From: Paraspadella gotoi | Taxonomy: Eukaryota > Animalia > Chaetognatha | Assembly (NCBI GenBank): GCA_051294375.1 | Contig: CM119269.1 | Span: forward strand, 2,145,601-2,209,600 | Direction of reading: 5' to 3' | Length of the DNA stretch: 64,000 nt | Shown here: positions 52,768 to 64,000 of the stretch, one piece after another | Numbering within the stretch: position 1 is the first letter of the stretch | Layout: the number at the start of each line of letters is the position of its first letter | Notes under the pieces: generated by a model | The model's input: the letters and a program-made list of their open reading frames with translations, nothing else | Told to the model about the DNA's origin: nothing | Databases searched by the model: none | Translations under genes and position numbers: made by a program

Positions 52768-53043
52768 AATATTTTTATAGTGTTTAATAGCTAATTTATC
52801 TTGAAAATAATTCCGGGCTGGCGCGACAATGTTTGCCTAAATTTCCTGCTAATTAGGTTATAGAGAATCGATAATGAAGGAACTATATATTTTCTGTTGA
52901 TTAATTTTGCACCTGCGCGCTGTACATACCAAAATCTATCTTTTGAAAATAGGCAATTTTTCGTCACTGATATTTTCGTCGCTCCCTCCTTTCTAACGTT
53001 GATTTCAGTTTCCCTTTGGTCTTCATCTTCTCTATTATCTAAC

Positions 53044-54724
53044 ATGGCGACGCATGATGGAACTCGCTTCGATCCTTCAACGCTCAACCCAAATCCTTTC
53101 TCGATCCCTTCCACCACGATCGTTTCACGTTCCAACGTTACCGAAGCGTTTACTTCTCCGCCGTCAACGTCAACGTTAACGTCGACGCCTACGCCACACA
53201 CGTCGCATCTATGGCGGTTCGACGACGACACCGATTTCCTCAACGTTCTCTTCGTCTTCTCCGTGGCGGCGCTGGCCGTCGTGTTGGACGTCATCCTTCT
53301 CATCGTCGTCGCTCGGAACCGAAAGTGGCTCCCGGACGTGGAGTTTGAGACCCTAGCACCGACGAGGAATGCCGCCTGGAACGCCGCGTCCACTCACGCC
53401 TGGGTCATCGTCGTCTGTCTCTCCGACGTCGTCGGTGAGGAGAGAAAGGCGCTGTGGCCGATGCGTTGGTCCTTTCAAAGTATCATGTACAATTGCACAT
53501 TGTACAATTTTGATTTCAATAAATGGTTGCTACAATGCGACATGCATTTTCTTTTTCGCTTTTAGCTACGTATAGTTTAAAGATAATTTGAGTGAAGTAT
53601 TCCCTTCTCTACCGATCAGCCCACCCTCTCAACATTTTCCTTCCTTCCTTCCCGCCCTCAGCGTCGGTGGGCGCGGCCGTGGGAGCCGTTCGTTTCAACA
53701 ACCACTTCGGATCCGGAGTTTCTTTCAACCACGACGCCGATGCCGATCTTTGCGCCGGCGGCGCCGACTACTCGTGGGTTTTCTTCGAGTCGACGCTTCA
53801 ATTTCAGCTGTCGTCTCTCGTCGGCCTCCTCGTCGTCGTCGTCGTTTCTTTCGGATGCAGGAGCCAACTTTTCGTCAAGGTGTTTCATTCGTTGTTATAA
53901 TAAAAAAAAATCTTCTTTATCATTCTCGTTAGCTTTGGCTATTGCATTGGTTACGATGTCACGATGTCAGCTCACCTATTGTTTGTTTGTTGTTTCTTAA
54001 ACATAGGTCTCTCTTTTCCTTTTTCCTTCTCTCTCTCCAGGTCGCCAATGCGGCGCCCCTCGCGCCCAAATGGCGCCACTTCGTCGTTCCAGTCGTTGTC
54101 GCAGCGTCGTCCGCGTTGTGGTCGTCGCTGACTTTCGTCGTCTTCGTCGTCGTCGCCGATCACCGTTGCGACGGCGCGGACAATGAAGCCTCCGCTTGGC
54201 CCCGCCACCCTGCCTTTCTCTTTCCGTCCCTCTTCCTCGTCCTCTTCCCCTTCGTAGTCCCTGCCTCGTTAACGCTTTACGTAGCGCGGAAAAGGAAGTG
54301 GCGCTGGGGAGTAGAGAAGGAGGAGGAAGAGGACGAGCTGGAGATTCGATTAGAGGAAGTCGCAGCGCCGACGCCGGTGAGGACCGACTCGACTCCGCCG
54401 CCTCCATCGCCCAAAGAGCGCCAAGGGGCGTTGCATGAGAGTCACGTAGCCCGAATCCTCGTCGTTGGGATCGTTACTATTTTGGCTGCGTCACCCTACG
54501 TCGCTACCACTACGGCGGCGCTCCTCGTCGCTTCGCCGAAAGACTTCTACTCCGAGGCCGTCGTCGGCGTCATGGGCTTCGGCGCCTTTTACGTCGTCCT
54601 TCTCGGCGTCGTCCTAAAATTCGTCGTCGTCCTCGTCAACCCCGACATCAGGAAGAAGACAAGGAGGAAGAGACTGCAGGCGCCGACGATTGAAGACGTC
54701 GAGGAAATTCTGGAGGTCCGATGA
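53044..54724 (+). CDS. Highly divergent 7TM (class A GPCR-like) protein, 3 exons: 53044-53434, 53662-53879, 54041-54724, ~430 aa
   Basis: Ser/Thr-rich N-terminus with NVT sequon; seven hydrophobic segments; CLSD in TM2, Cys before TM3 and in ECL2, SPY in TM6, NPDIRK after TM7; phase-consistent GT-AG introns. Confidence 0.65.
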
Positions 54725-55907
54725 CGAGAGAGAGGAAGAAGAAACTTTTGACATTATTACTCACTAGAAGTGGCAGAAGCCACTCAAAAATCTATACTGT
54801 ACTTGAAAATTCATTTTTTAAACTTAATGAGGATGAATGAATGAATAAATAAATGAATGAATGTTTGAAAAAATAGCATTAAACCACTTGCTGCAACTTC
54901 GACGCCTTAATTATAAATATATTTTATATAAGAGAAAAAGTTTTTATTTGTTACAAATAACAAATTAAAATTTGTTTTCTCTTAATCATTACCGCAAAGA
55001 AAAGAATATAAAAATTAAAATATATTGTAATTCATTTAATTCATTTTAATTGTTAGATGAAGAGATCCAGAAAAGATTTACATTTTTCTCGTAATTTGCC
55101 AAAAAAATTGATTATTATGATTAATATTGTCTATAATTTATAATATAAATATAATGAAATAACAACGAGGTTACTGAGAATTAACCACGTGCATGCTATC
55201 GAATTGAGGAAGACGGACTAAACCACGAAAAATCCATTCATAATAGATTTTAAGAGGCTGAAGACGACAACTGAGATCTGACTTTTATATCGATTTTTGG
55301 ATTTGGAAATACCAACCGACCTTTCCGAGTTCATTGACCTTGGATTTCCAAAATGCATCAATAAAAGTTAAAACCCTTAAAGAAATTTATATTGATTCTT
55401 AAAAAAGTTGTAATAAAAAACCTAAAGGTTAGTGATAACGATAGGATATGTAATATGAGGATCGTGGAGCCTATTAATATTAAATTAATATATCTGAATT
55501 ACAAAACTAAGCCTTGTCCTTTTGTTGACTGGCTCGCTTCTCCCATCTGACGGACGGGGCGAAGAAGCTTCTAGATCCGGTGATGACGTAAACCGTGTCT
55601 CGTCGACGAAAAACCCACGTTAAGAAACCGGTCGCCCCAGTTTTTTCCGCTCCTGATTTGCGCTATTTTTATCCTCGAGTTATAAATCTTCGAGGAATTC
55701 GAGAAATTGATCATTTGAGGCTTGAATCTCGAAGAAGATTTAAAGGTGCGAACCAAACGCGCTTGGAACTTATTAATTCTTGATTGTCAAAAAACTTTTT
55801 ATAAAGGAAAAAAAAAAACCTAACGAACAAAGCCGTTTAAAAAACAGTATTAATACATAAGAACCAAACAGTATTTTTTTCCGAACCGAGCGTGAAACAA
55901 AAAAACC

Positions 55908-58900
55908 ATGAGCCTTCCACCGTTATTGGCCTTTTTGACTCTCTTTTCCTTGACCGTGTCGTCGTCGTCGTCATCGAAGACCAACCTGACGTTGATGACT
56001 GTGGCGTCCGATTCGAACGACGGCTTCAAACGCTACATGCGGTCGGCGCAACACTTCGGCTACGAAGTGCAGGTTTTAGGAATGGGGCGACCCTGGCTAG
56101 GGGGTGACATGACACGCCCTGGCGGTGGTTACAAGATCAATCTCCTCCGCGAGGCGCTTGAGGAGTTAAAGGAGGAGGATCGCGTGGTGATGTTCACCGA
56201 CGCCTACGACGTCGTCATCAACGATAAACCCGAAGTCGTCCTTCAAAAATTCGATGCTTTCGCCGCCGGAGTCGTCTTCTCCGCCGAGCCCTTCATCTGG
56301 CCGAAGGCCTCTCTGGAGACGCAATATCCTCAAGTTGAGCCGCATCAGAAAAGGTTCCTCAACTCTGGAGGAATTATCGGCAAGGCTAAGGTAAATACCG
56401 ATTCATTCTTACGATAATCAGTACCAACCTATTACCGTTAATACCGTTATCCCCTGCTTGCCTTTTTAGTTAGGCTTTTACATTTCGAGACCAGTCTTAT
56501 AACCTTTGTGTTGGCACGACTTAAATTCGCCTCACTACTGTCCGTCATCAGCCTCGTCATAATGGATGATGATTGGGCTAAATCATCTCGTAGTAGTGAG
56601 GCAGCTTCAACCTTTTCTACATTAGGCTTAGCTATTTTTTTTTTCAATGTGACTGAATATTTATTAACTAGTACTAAATACTACGTCTAAGCTCAGGTTC
56701 TGTGTTTTACTCCCCTTTCTGATCCTCTTTTAACAAAATTTTACTTTCGCCGACTTGGTTTTAACATCTTTTAAAAATTTAAAAAAATATTTAAAAACGT
56801 TAAGTCCCTTAACAAATGAGCAACCAATTATAGGCAAATTATATGCATTTTTAACGTAAGTAGGACATACCGACAGACGTACCGACGGACTGACCGACAG
56901 ACCGACTAAAAAGGGACTTAATTGCTCCGCGAGTTCTCATGGCGCAGCTAAAAAAAATATTACCTAATTACCCTTTCCACCACCCCTAAACCTCCCTTAA
57001 CCCCCCTAACCCCGATCGGTAAAATTAAACCCCTCTTTTTCTTCCCTTTTTAGTTGCGCCGCGAGTATGTCTGTCCGTCGGTCTGTCCCACTTACGTTAA
57101 AGATGCTTACTTGCTTAAGACAGGATAAAACCTTAAATCTAACAGACTGCTAGCGCCGCCTTCAGGAAATCCTAAAGTATAAAGAATAAAAGACGAAATT
57201 CCCATCCAGTGCGTGTCATGAATACAAATACAATAGAAAGTCACTGCGGCGCAACACATTCGCTGGCCCAATCTTGTTTTTCAGTATTTAAAAATAGAAA
57301 CCTCCGTAAATAAATTCATGCCCTCTCTAGGACCTGTACGCGGTATTGACCAACAGCGCCATATCTAACGAAGACGACGATCAACTCTTCTACACTCTCG
57401 CTTATCTAGACGAGAATATCCGGACGAAGCACTCTATCCGCCTCGACCACGACAGCGACATCTTCATGAACATCAACGGGGCCAAGAACGAGATCGTCCT
57501 CAAGTTTGACGAGACGACGGGCCGCCCTCTCGTCCAAAACAAAAAATCCAAGACCTTCCCTTCCGTCCTTCACGGCAACGGGCCCGAACCCTCCAAAGTC
57601 CGCCTCAATTGGTGGGGAAATTATCTCGCCGACGCTTGGACGGAGAAAGACGGGTGTAAATCTTGTGAGGAGCGAACGGTGGACATTTCCGACGCGGCCG
57701 CAGCGCCCAAAGTGCTTATCGCCGTCTTCGTGGACCGTCCCACGCCGTTCTTTCCCGAGTTTCTCGCCCGCGTTGCCGCGCTTCGCTACCCGAAGAAGGC
57801 CGTCGACTTTTTCATCCACGTCGGTGTCGACTTTCACTCCCGACACGTAGACGACTTCCGGTCTCGCCACGGCAATGACTACCGTAGCTTCCACTTGCTG
57901 ACTCCGGAATCCAGGACGCCAGATTCGCAGGCGCGTGAAGCTGCGTTTCACGAGGGAGTTCGGCGAGGCGTCGACTACGTGTTCGCACTGGATTCCATCG
58001 CGCAGTTGACTAATCCAGACACTTTGCGGCTGTTGATGGAGACAGACAAGTCGATCGTAGCCCCTCTGTTGTCGCGACCCAAGAAGCTGTGGTCCAACTT
58101 TTGGGGCGACATCGGCTCCGATGGGTTCTATCTCCGCTCTGACGACTATGTGGAAATCGTGCAGCGAACTCGTCTCGGTGTCTGGAATTCTCCTTTCATC
58201 TCCGACGCCATCCTCACTCACTCATCCAAATTCTCTGCCGCCGCCGTGCCTTCCTTCTACCGCGGCGACTGGGACCAAGACATGGCCTTTTCGGCCAACA
58301 TGCGCCAACAGGACCACTTCCTCTTTGTCACCAACCAACACGTTTTCGGCCACCTTGTCAACGCCGATCACTTCAACACGTCCCACTTTCACAGCGACAT
58401 GTACGAAATGTTTGAGAACCGACTGGACTGGGAAGAGAAGTACATTCACCCCAACTACACTCAGAATCTTCTCCCGGACTTCCTGGTGGAGCAGCCCTGC
58501 CCTGATGTCTACCGGTTCCCGCTCTTTACCGAGGTCTTTACCGTCGACCTCATCGAGGAGATGGAGAACTTCGGGCAGTGGTCGGGTGGCGGGCACCAGG
58601 GAGCAAACGATCCTCGCCTCTCAGGAGGATACGAGAACGTTCCCACAGTCGACATCCACATGAATCAAATTAACTTTCACGACCATTGGATCCAGATTCT
58701 CAAGGATTACGTAAACCCCATCCAGCAAAAGGTCTTCCCAGGCTTCTATAGCAAAAGCAACGCCCTAATGAACTTCGTGGTTCGGTACAAGCCCAACGAG
58801 CAAGATTACCTAAAGCCGCATCACGACTCCTCCACTTTCACCATAAACGTGGCGCTGAATCGGGCCGGCGTCGACTACGAGGGCGGCGGCTGCCGTTTCC

Positions 58901-59037
58901 TTCGCTACGACTGCCGAGTCACGGACAGTGCGAGAGGATGGGCGCTCATTCACCCCGGAAGGCTTACCCACTATCACGAGGGACTGAGGACCACCAAGGG
59001 GGTGCGCTATATTATGGTATCTTTCGTGGATCCTTGA
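55908..59037 (+). CDS. PLOD: Procollagen-lysine,2-oxoglutarate 5-dioxygenase (lysyl hydroxylase/glycosyltransferase), 2 exons: 55908-56390, 57331-59037, ~729 aa
   Basis: Signal peptide; GT domain motifs GGGYKINLL, FTDAYD, FLNSGG, DDDQLFYT; C-terminal dioxygenase GGYENVPTVDIHM, FVVRYKP, PHHDSST, HPGRLTHYHEGL, RYIMVSFVDP; phase 0 GT-AG intron. Confidence 0.96.
56845..57105. repeat. Palindromic intronic element
   Basis: TTAACGTAAGT.GGACA..CCGAC and GGCGCAGCTAAAA mirrored by TTTTAGTTGCGCC and GTCGGTCTGTCC.ACTTACGTTAA. Confidence 0.6.
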
Positions 59038-60117
59038 ACGCGGGATAGAGGGGGACGCGGAGAGGGTCGTTTACGAAACCGATCCGTATTTTTTTAATCG
59101 TGGGCTCTGATGCAATCGGCTAAATTCTTATATCATTTTCTTTTTGTGTGGTTGTGTTTTTTATTGTTTTTTGGTCCCCCCCCCCTCCCGTTTTGTATTG
59201 AAAAACCTTTTCAGGCATAATTAAACTTTTAAACTCATTAAAAACTTCAAAAAAAGAGGAAGGAACATCAGAAGTAAGGTTTCTTCTGAAAGGGAATTTT
59301 ATTGAAACAAACGGGGCAAAATAGAAAGCAATTAGGATTTTTATGCTGGAGCAAATGTTTGATTTAATTATACAATAGTCAAAATTAAAAATCCTTTTTT
59401 TTTTATCATAGTGTAGCTGGTTTGTGATGATCTTCAGTCATGAACGGCAACAGCGGGCTTTTGACGTTATTTTTTTACCCGGCCGCTCGCATTTTGATTT
59501 CGCTCTTTGGTGCGAATTTTATTGCTTTATTAATTAAATTCACAATTTGACTGTTTTCAATAATATATGAACATTTTGTACATTTTTTTAAATGGTGCTA
59601 TTCTTGTTTTATTCATTCATTAAAAAAAAATTGTTTCTGAATGTTCTTCTTCGAGATTTTACTAAGTAAGAGTTCAGTAAGGAAAATTAATGTTTTGCTT
59701 AAGTTTCTTGTTTATAAACATTTTAAATTTTCGTATTTTTGAGTTTCACTTGTGAGCCCGCAATCTAAGAATAAAGAAAAAATAAAAATGTTAATTGCTA
59801 TATAATAATATATCTATTATATCTAATAATGATCATCAAGCTAATTTGTCACTCGTCAACCCGGTGGAGACATTTTTATTATGAAATTGGTACAACCAAT
59901 ATAAAAACGGGTAACTTTACTATTCGACGTCCGCAACCAACTTTAGGTACCAGCGGTCGGTGGTATGTTAATCCATTTAATTTTGTTTTCTTTCTAGCGT
60001 CGAATCTTAGTTTGTACAGTACAATGTACAGTAATATACAATTTTTTAAATTTTATAACAAATACTAGTTTTAAATTCATTTTAATTGATATTTTTAGAA
60101 ATTGAATTGTTTGTTGA

Positions 60118-60570
60118 TGTACAACGAGTTTTATTAAGAAACATAAATTTCGGACTTCAATGAGAGCCTTCATCAGCGCAAAAACGAATTGATTTGTGAA
60201 ACATATTTTTATAGACTCTCTCTTCAAACTTTGTAAAAATATTTGTTTCACAAAGCGCTTATGAAGGCTGAAGGGACAGTAACTATTGTTATGTGTTAGT
60301 GACAGAACCGTTCAATATAAGCAGTTCCTGAGCTTCGGATCAGGCTGTAAAATCAGTTACAGGCGGGGTAAGCGCCCCGTCCCTCTTAACTGTAGGCGAT
60401 CACAGGGCTAGAACCCCGGTCCTTGGGTTGGGAGGCGAATGACTTGCCTCCTGCCAATTGCCGCTGATGAACGGTTGGTGGATTTTAGTCCACCTTAAGG
60501 CTTACATAAGGCTTACATTGAAGCCGGAATATGTCCGAAATTTACATTTCTTAATAAAACTCGTTGTACA
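60118..60570. mobile_element. Inverted pair of Penelope-like terminal repeats with degenerate hammerhead cores, the right copy interrupted by an insertion
   Basis: TGTACAACGAGTTTTATTAAGAAA...TTCATCAGCGC (60118-60179) mirrors GCGCTTATGAAGGCT[insert]...TGTCCGAAATTT...TTTCTTAATAAAACTCGTTGTACA (60255-60570). Confidence 0.55.
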
Positions 60571-62009
60571 ATGTACATAAACAATTCATTTTCTTTCTTA
60601 AACAAATAACGCAACAAAATGAAAGGAAAATAAATAATATTTTTGATATATATAAAGATTTTCTACCCTTACCAGTGCCATTTATTTTTACGTAAGGAGA
60701 TTTCTATACGTCGCTCATAAGAAGCGAAAAACTAACCGACCGCAAAATCCCGGTCGGCGAATGTAAAAATAAGCCATAAAAACTATGTACGTAAGATGTT
60801 CAGCTTTGAACTGGATCCAAAAGGTGCCGAAGTTAGAGGCATTCGCATTTCTCTGCGATGAAGTTAACTGATGACCCGCCAGAAACGATCAGCACTGATG
60901 AAATGTGAACACACGTAGGGTGGCGACGGAATTTCACGAAATTCTCAATGGGCTGAAGTCGGAGCCGGGATGAGTTATGATCGTAAGTTTGGGGCCAAAG
61001 AGAGGACGGGTGGATGAAGTAACCATTTAGAAATCTGCAGCTGTCGAGAATAAGCGAATGGGATATTCATATTGTATCATCTAGTAGTGCTCGTTTTTAC
61101 CACAAAAAAAAAAAATTGAATACAAACTGCGCGATCGATATAATTTTTAAAGATTTTTAGCAAGTGAGCTCAATAAAATATACGAGGGTCGTCAAAAACA
61201 CGGGAAAAAGAAAAATGAATAAAGGTGCGACTAGGATGTGGGGATTAGTTCATCGATCGATTGGTGAATTTTCAGTTCGCCATGGGTGATAAAAAGCGGC
61301 GTCCCTTTTATAAATTCGTAAAACTCTTTAATTTCTTTTAATCCGTTAAACAAAAAACTTTCTCTTTTGCTCAAGTAAAAGTAGCAGTCTTGGAGTCGCT
61401 ATTTTTTCTAAACCAGTTTTAAAATCGAAGATGAAAATTTCTCGATCCGAACGTATCTTTGAGACTTTTACAACGACACATCACGTTCTCCTCGGAGTTT
61501 TGTTTTGATTTTTCCGTACAATCGTTCAGCAAGGATTTCGGTCGTATTAATAACATCCAAATGGATTTAAAATAATAATAAAGTGAAATTCAGACGAAAA
61601 ACTTGTCCATGTAAAATTAATCTTTATCTACTTAAATATATACAGTAACGTGTGTTTCTGAGAGAAGTTTGATATGAGACAGCCTATCGTTTATTGGAAA
61701 AAGCCAATTTTTTTCTTCCTTCATATTTCTCTCTCTCTTATTCTCTCTCTTTCTTATTACTTATATAAAGATTTTCGCCGATCTTCTCCTGCCAGACGCG
61801 CCTGCAATGACTCGATTAAATTCTTTTCCTTGGTTTATGGTGCAAATTTTCTAACACAACCTGATGCTTTCAAAAAAATCAAGCGGATATTTTTATTTGT
61901 CTTAAGTTTCCTAATTAGAATTCAATTTCCAATTTCTGCTTATTCGTGATTTTTTTTTTTTAGCATTAATATATTAGTGTGCTATTATTCCAACTCAATA
62001 TTATTATGT

Positions 62010-62250
62010 TGTGGTGAATCCAGAATTCGCCTTCCGTATAGCTTGGTGGCTTGGACAGCTAAGTACTCGTTCACCAACCGTGAGTTTCGTGTTCAATCCC
62101 CTCACGTTCACGCTGGTTGAAGTGTGATGGTGTCGGCATAAACACGCCAGTGACATGGGGTGGTCACTGCAGGTCCAAAGCCCTGAATGCCAGCTGTCGG
62201 GAGATGCCTCACACCCCAGGCATCACACATGTCCCTCCGTGCCATAATGA
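62010..62250 (+). mobile_element. tRNA-derived SINE-like repeat, family A
   Basis: A-box-like TAGCTTGGTGG (~62039) and B-box GTTCAATCCC (62091); second copy at 41448-41611. Confidence 0.7.
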
Positions 62251-62379
62251 CAAACTTAAAATGAAAATATATTTTTTTAAATTATCGCGAAATTTTCTGG
62301 TAATTTTTCATTTATAGTATAATTTATATTACCTAGAAACTAAATATAACTGAACGTTCAGTTTCAGATCATCACTATC

Positions 62380-64000
62380 ATGATTATGGCTTCTGGTTTA
62401 GAATCTTCACAGAATACAGACAATTCCAATGATCGAATTCTCGAAGGTAATTTTCTTTCTTTCTTTTTCTTCTTTCCGCATTATCTGATATTTTTGCGAA
62501 TACTAAATATTTGTTTTTTGAGAAATGTAAATAATTATCATAGTATGGCTTTTCGTTTCTAGGTACAAAAAAAAATTAATGCCAAATGACATAATGACTG
62601 AATTAGTTGCTCGAAATTCTTTCGTTTCTTTCACCGTGTTTGTTAAAATCACAATATATTTTTACAGAACAATCGTTCACTCCACATCCACGTCGTGCAA
62701 TGGCGTCACTTTGGATTTTTATGGTTCTGTTTGGCGTCACCGGAAACGGTTGTGTCATTTACATCTTCACCAAATTTAAAAATATGAGAACAGTGACCAA
62801 TCGGTAAATTTAAAAAAATGTACAGAGGTCCAGCTCTAATGGGACTAATTTCAAGTGCTTATTGCACAAAAACAATTTATGATAGAGGGAAAAAGAGACT
62901 ATTTTTGTTAACTAAGCTAAATTTTCTTTCGATCGCTATTCAAAATGTCTGGATAATCCAACAGCAAATACTGTAATTAAAGCTTTTTGCATAACATGTC
63001 AAATTTTTTGGCGCCGCTTCCTTAAAAAAAATTTGAAATTTAGGAAATTTTGCCAAAAATCAAGATGAAAGATAGAAATAGGGACTTTTGGCCCCTCAGT
63101 TTTTCTGACTGCAATCCTCCTCATTAATGAAAATATAGGATAGAGAAGCAAAATGTTCCACTGTCAACTTTTTGACAGCAACAATAGTGACAGAAATGAC
63201 AGCATTCCCGATGGGCACGGTCGGAAAAGCTTATGCTTCTTTGAACGTTTGTAGAAGGTCATTGTTTCTGAAGGTAAATCTTTTTAATTGATTGTATTGT
63301 CATTACAATTTTTTACAAGTGTACGTACTAATTTTAATTGATTTTTATTATTTACCTGACATTGTATTAATTCATTTTTTTCATTGATTTTGTGTTTTAG
63401 ATAAGAAAAAAAGTATTTCTTTAATCAACAACGACGGTTTATTAAAAATCAGACATGAGCTGATGAAGATTTGTAATGCAAAGTCGAAACATGTCTAATT
63501 CTTAATAAACCATCGTTGATTAAAGAAATTCTTTTTTCTCATCTATTTACCTGTCCAAACGATTTTTTAAAGTTAGTCCCAAAAATCTGGACCTTCCTGT
63601 ATGTAACCACGTCGTTATTTTATAAAACTTAATCGTAAAATCATCCTGCAGTTTCTAAATGTAACGAAGGATGGTAATACAAGTTTACATGTGCCAAGTA
63701 AACAAGGAGCTAAATAATGATATATTAAATAAAATCATGATAATAGTTTCATGCCAAACCCACAGTCATATCGTAAACCTCGCCATCACAGACGTGACTT
63801 TTTTAGTCTTCTGTCAGCCGCTCAAAATCATTTTATTCCCAAAAAAACAACAAAATTGATAAAAGTTTCATACTAAACCCACAGTTACATCGTAAACCTC
63901 GCCATCACAGACGTGACTTTCTTAGTCTTCTGTGTGCCGCTCACAATCTTCTATTACCTCAATCAGAATTGGCCCTTCGGAGACGCAGTCTGCAAAGCTT
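62380..64000 (+). CDS. Class A neuropeptide GPCR (galanin/allatostatin-A/kisspeptin receptor-like), 5' part; exons 62380-62446, 62668-62803, 63885->64000
   Basis: TM1 FGVTGNGCVIYIF, ICL1 KNMRTVTN, TM2 YIVNLAITDVTFLVFCVP, ECL1 WPFGDAVCK; phases consistent; runs off the window end. Confidence 0.85.
63416..63528 (+). mobile_element. Penelope-like terminal fragment with hammerhead core inside a short inverted repeat
   Basis: CTGATGA (63460) - stem II - GAAACATGTC (63486-63495) - AATAAA; flanks TTTCTTTAATCAAC..GGTTTATTAA / TTAATAAACC..GTTGATTAAAGAAA are complementary. Confidence 0.6.

Noticed and set aside
60866-60905. CTGATGA...GAAAC second hammerhead candidate
   Set aside because: No convincing stem II (CCCGCCA) or stem I pairing.
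62030-62105. tRNA gene
   Set aside because: Has A/B boxes but no clean cloverleaf, and continues into a dispersed repeat body; treated as a SINE.

Overview
Eukaryotic (invertebrate metazoan-like) genomic DNA: AT-rich introns and intergenic DNA, GC/CpG-rich exons, many (GA)n, (GAAA)n, (GAC)n and (CAT)n microsatellites, and several N gaps. The first ~30 kb is one locus present several times. It holds an intact two-exon gene for a multi-Ig-domain type I membrane receptor (minus strand, 765-5110), a ~10 kb inverted copy riddled with single-base indels (~11790-21935) and a third partial inverted copy (~24530-29975). This pattern most resembles amplification fold-back chimeras plus unpolished long reads. 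The rest is gene-dense and could be modelled with phase-consistent splice sites: an XK-related (XKR-like) pseudogene and a 4-exon XKR-like gene; a 12-exon gene for a ~646-aa protein built from 14 copies of a ~26-aa 'D[RK][VI]N' repeat that I do not recognise (best novelty candidate); a Cys-less (Pro-loop) pentameric ligand-gated ion channel; a very divergent 7TM protein; a one-intron PLOD lysyl hydroxylase; and the 5' part of a neuropeptide-type class A GPCR. Interspersed are tRNA-derived SINE-like repeats, MITE/foldback elements, and Penelope-type repeats with minimal hammerhead ribozyme cores. Two neighbouring genes each need a GC-AG intron to keep frame. All gene models were read by eye; no database searches were run.
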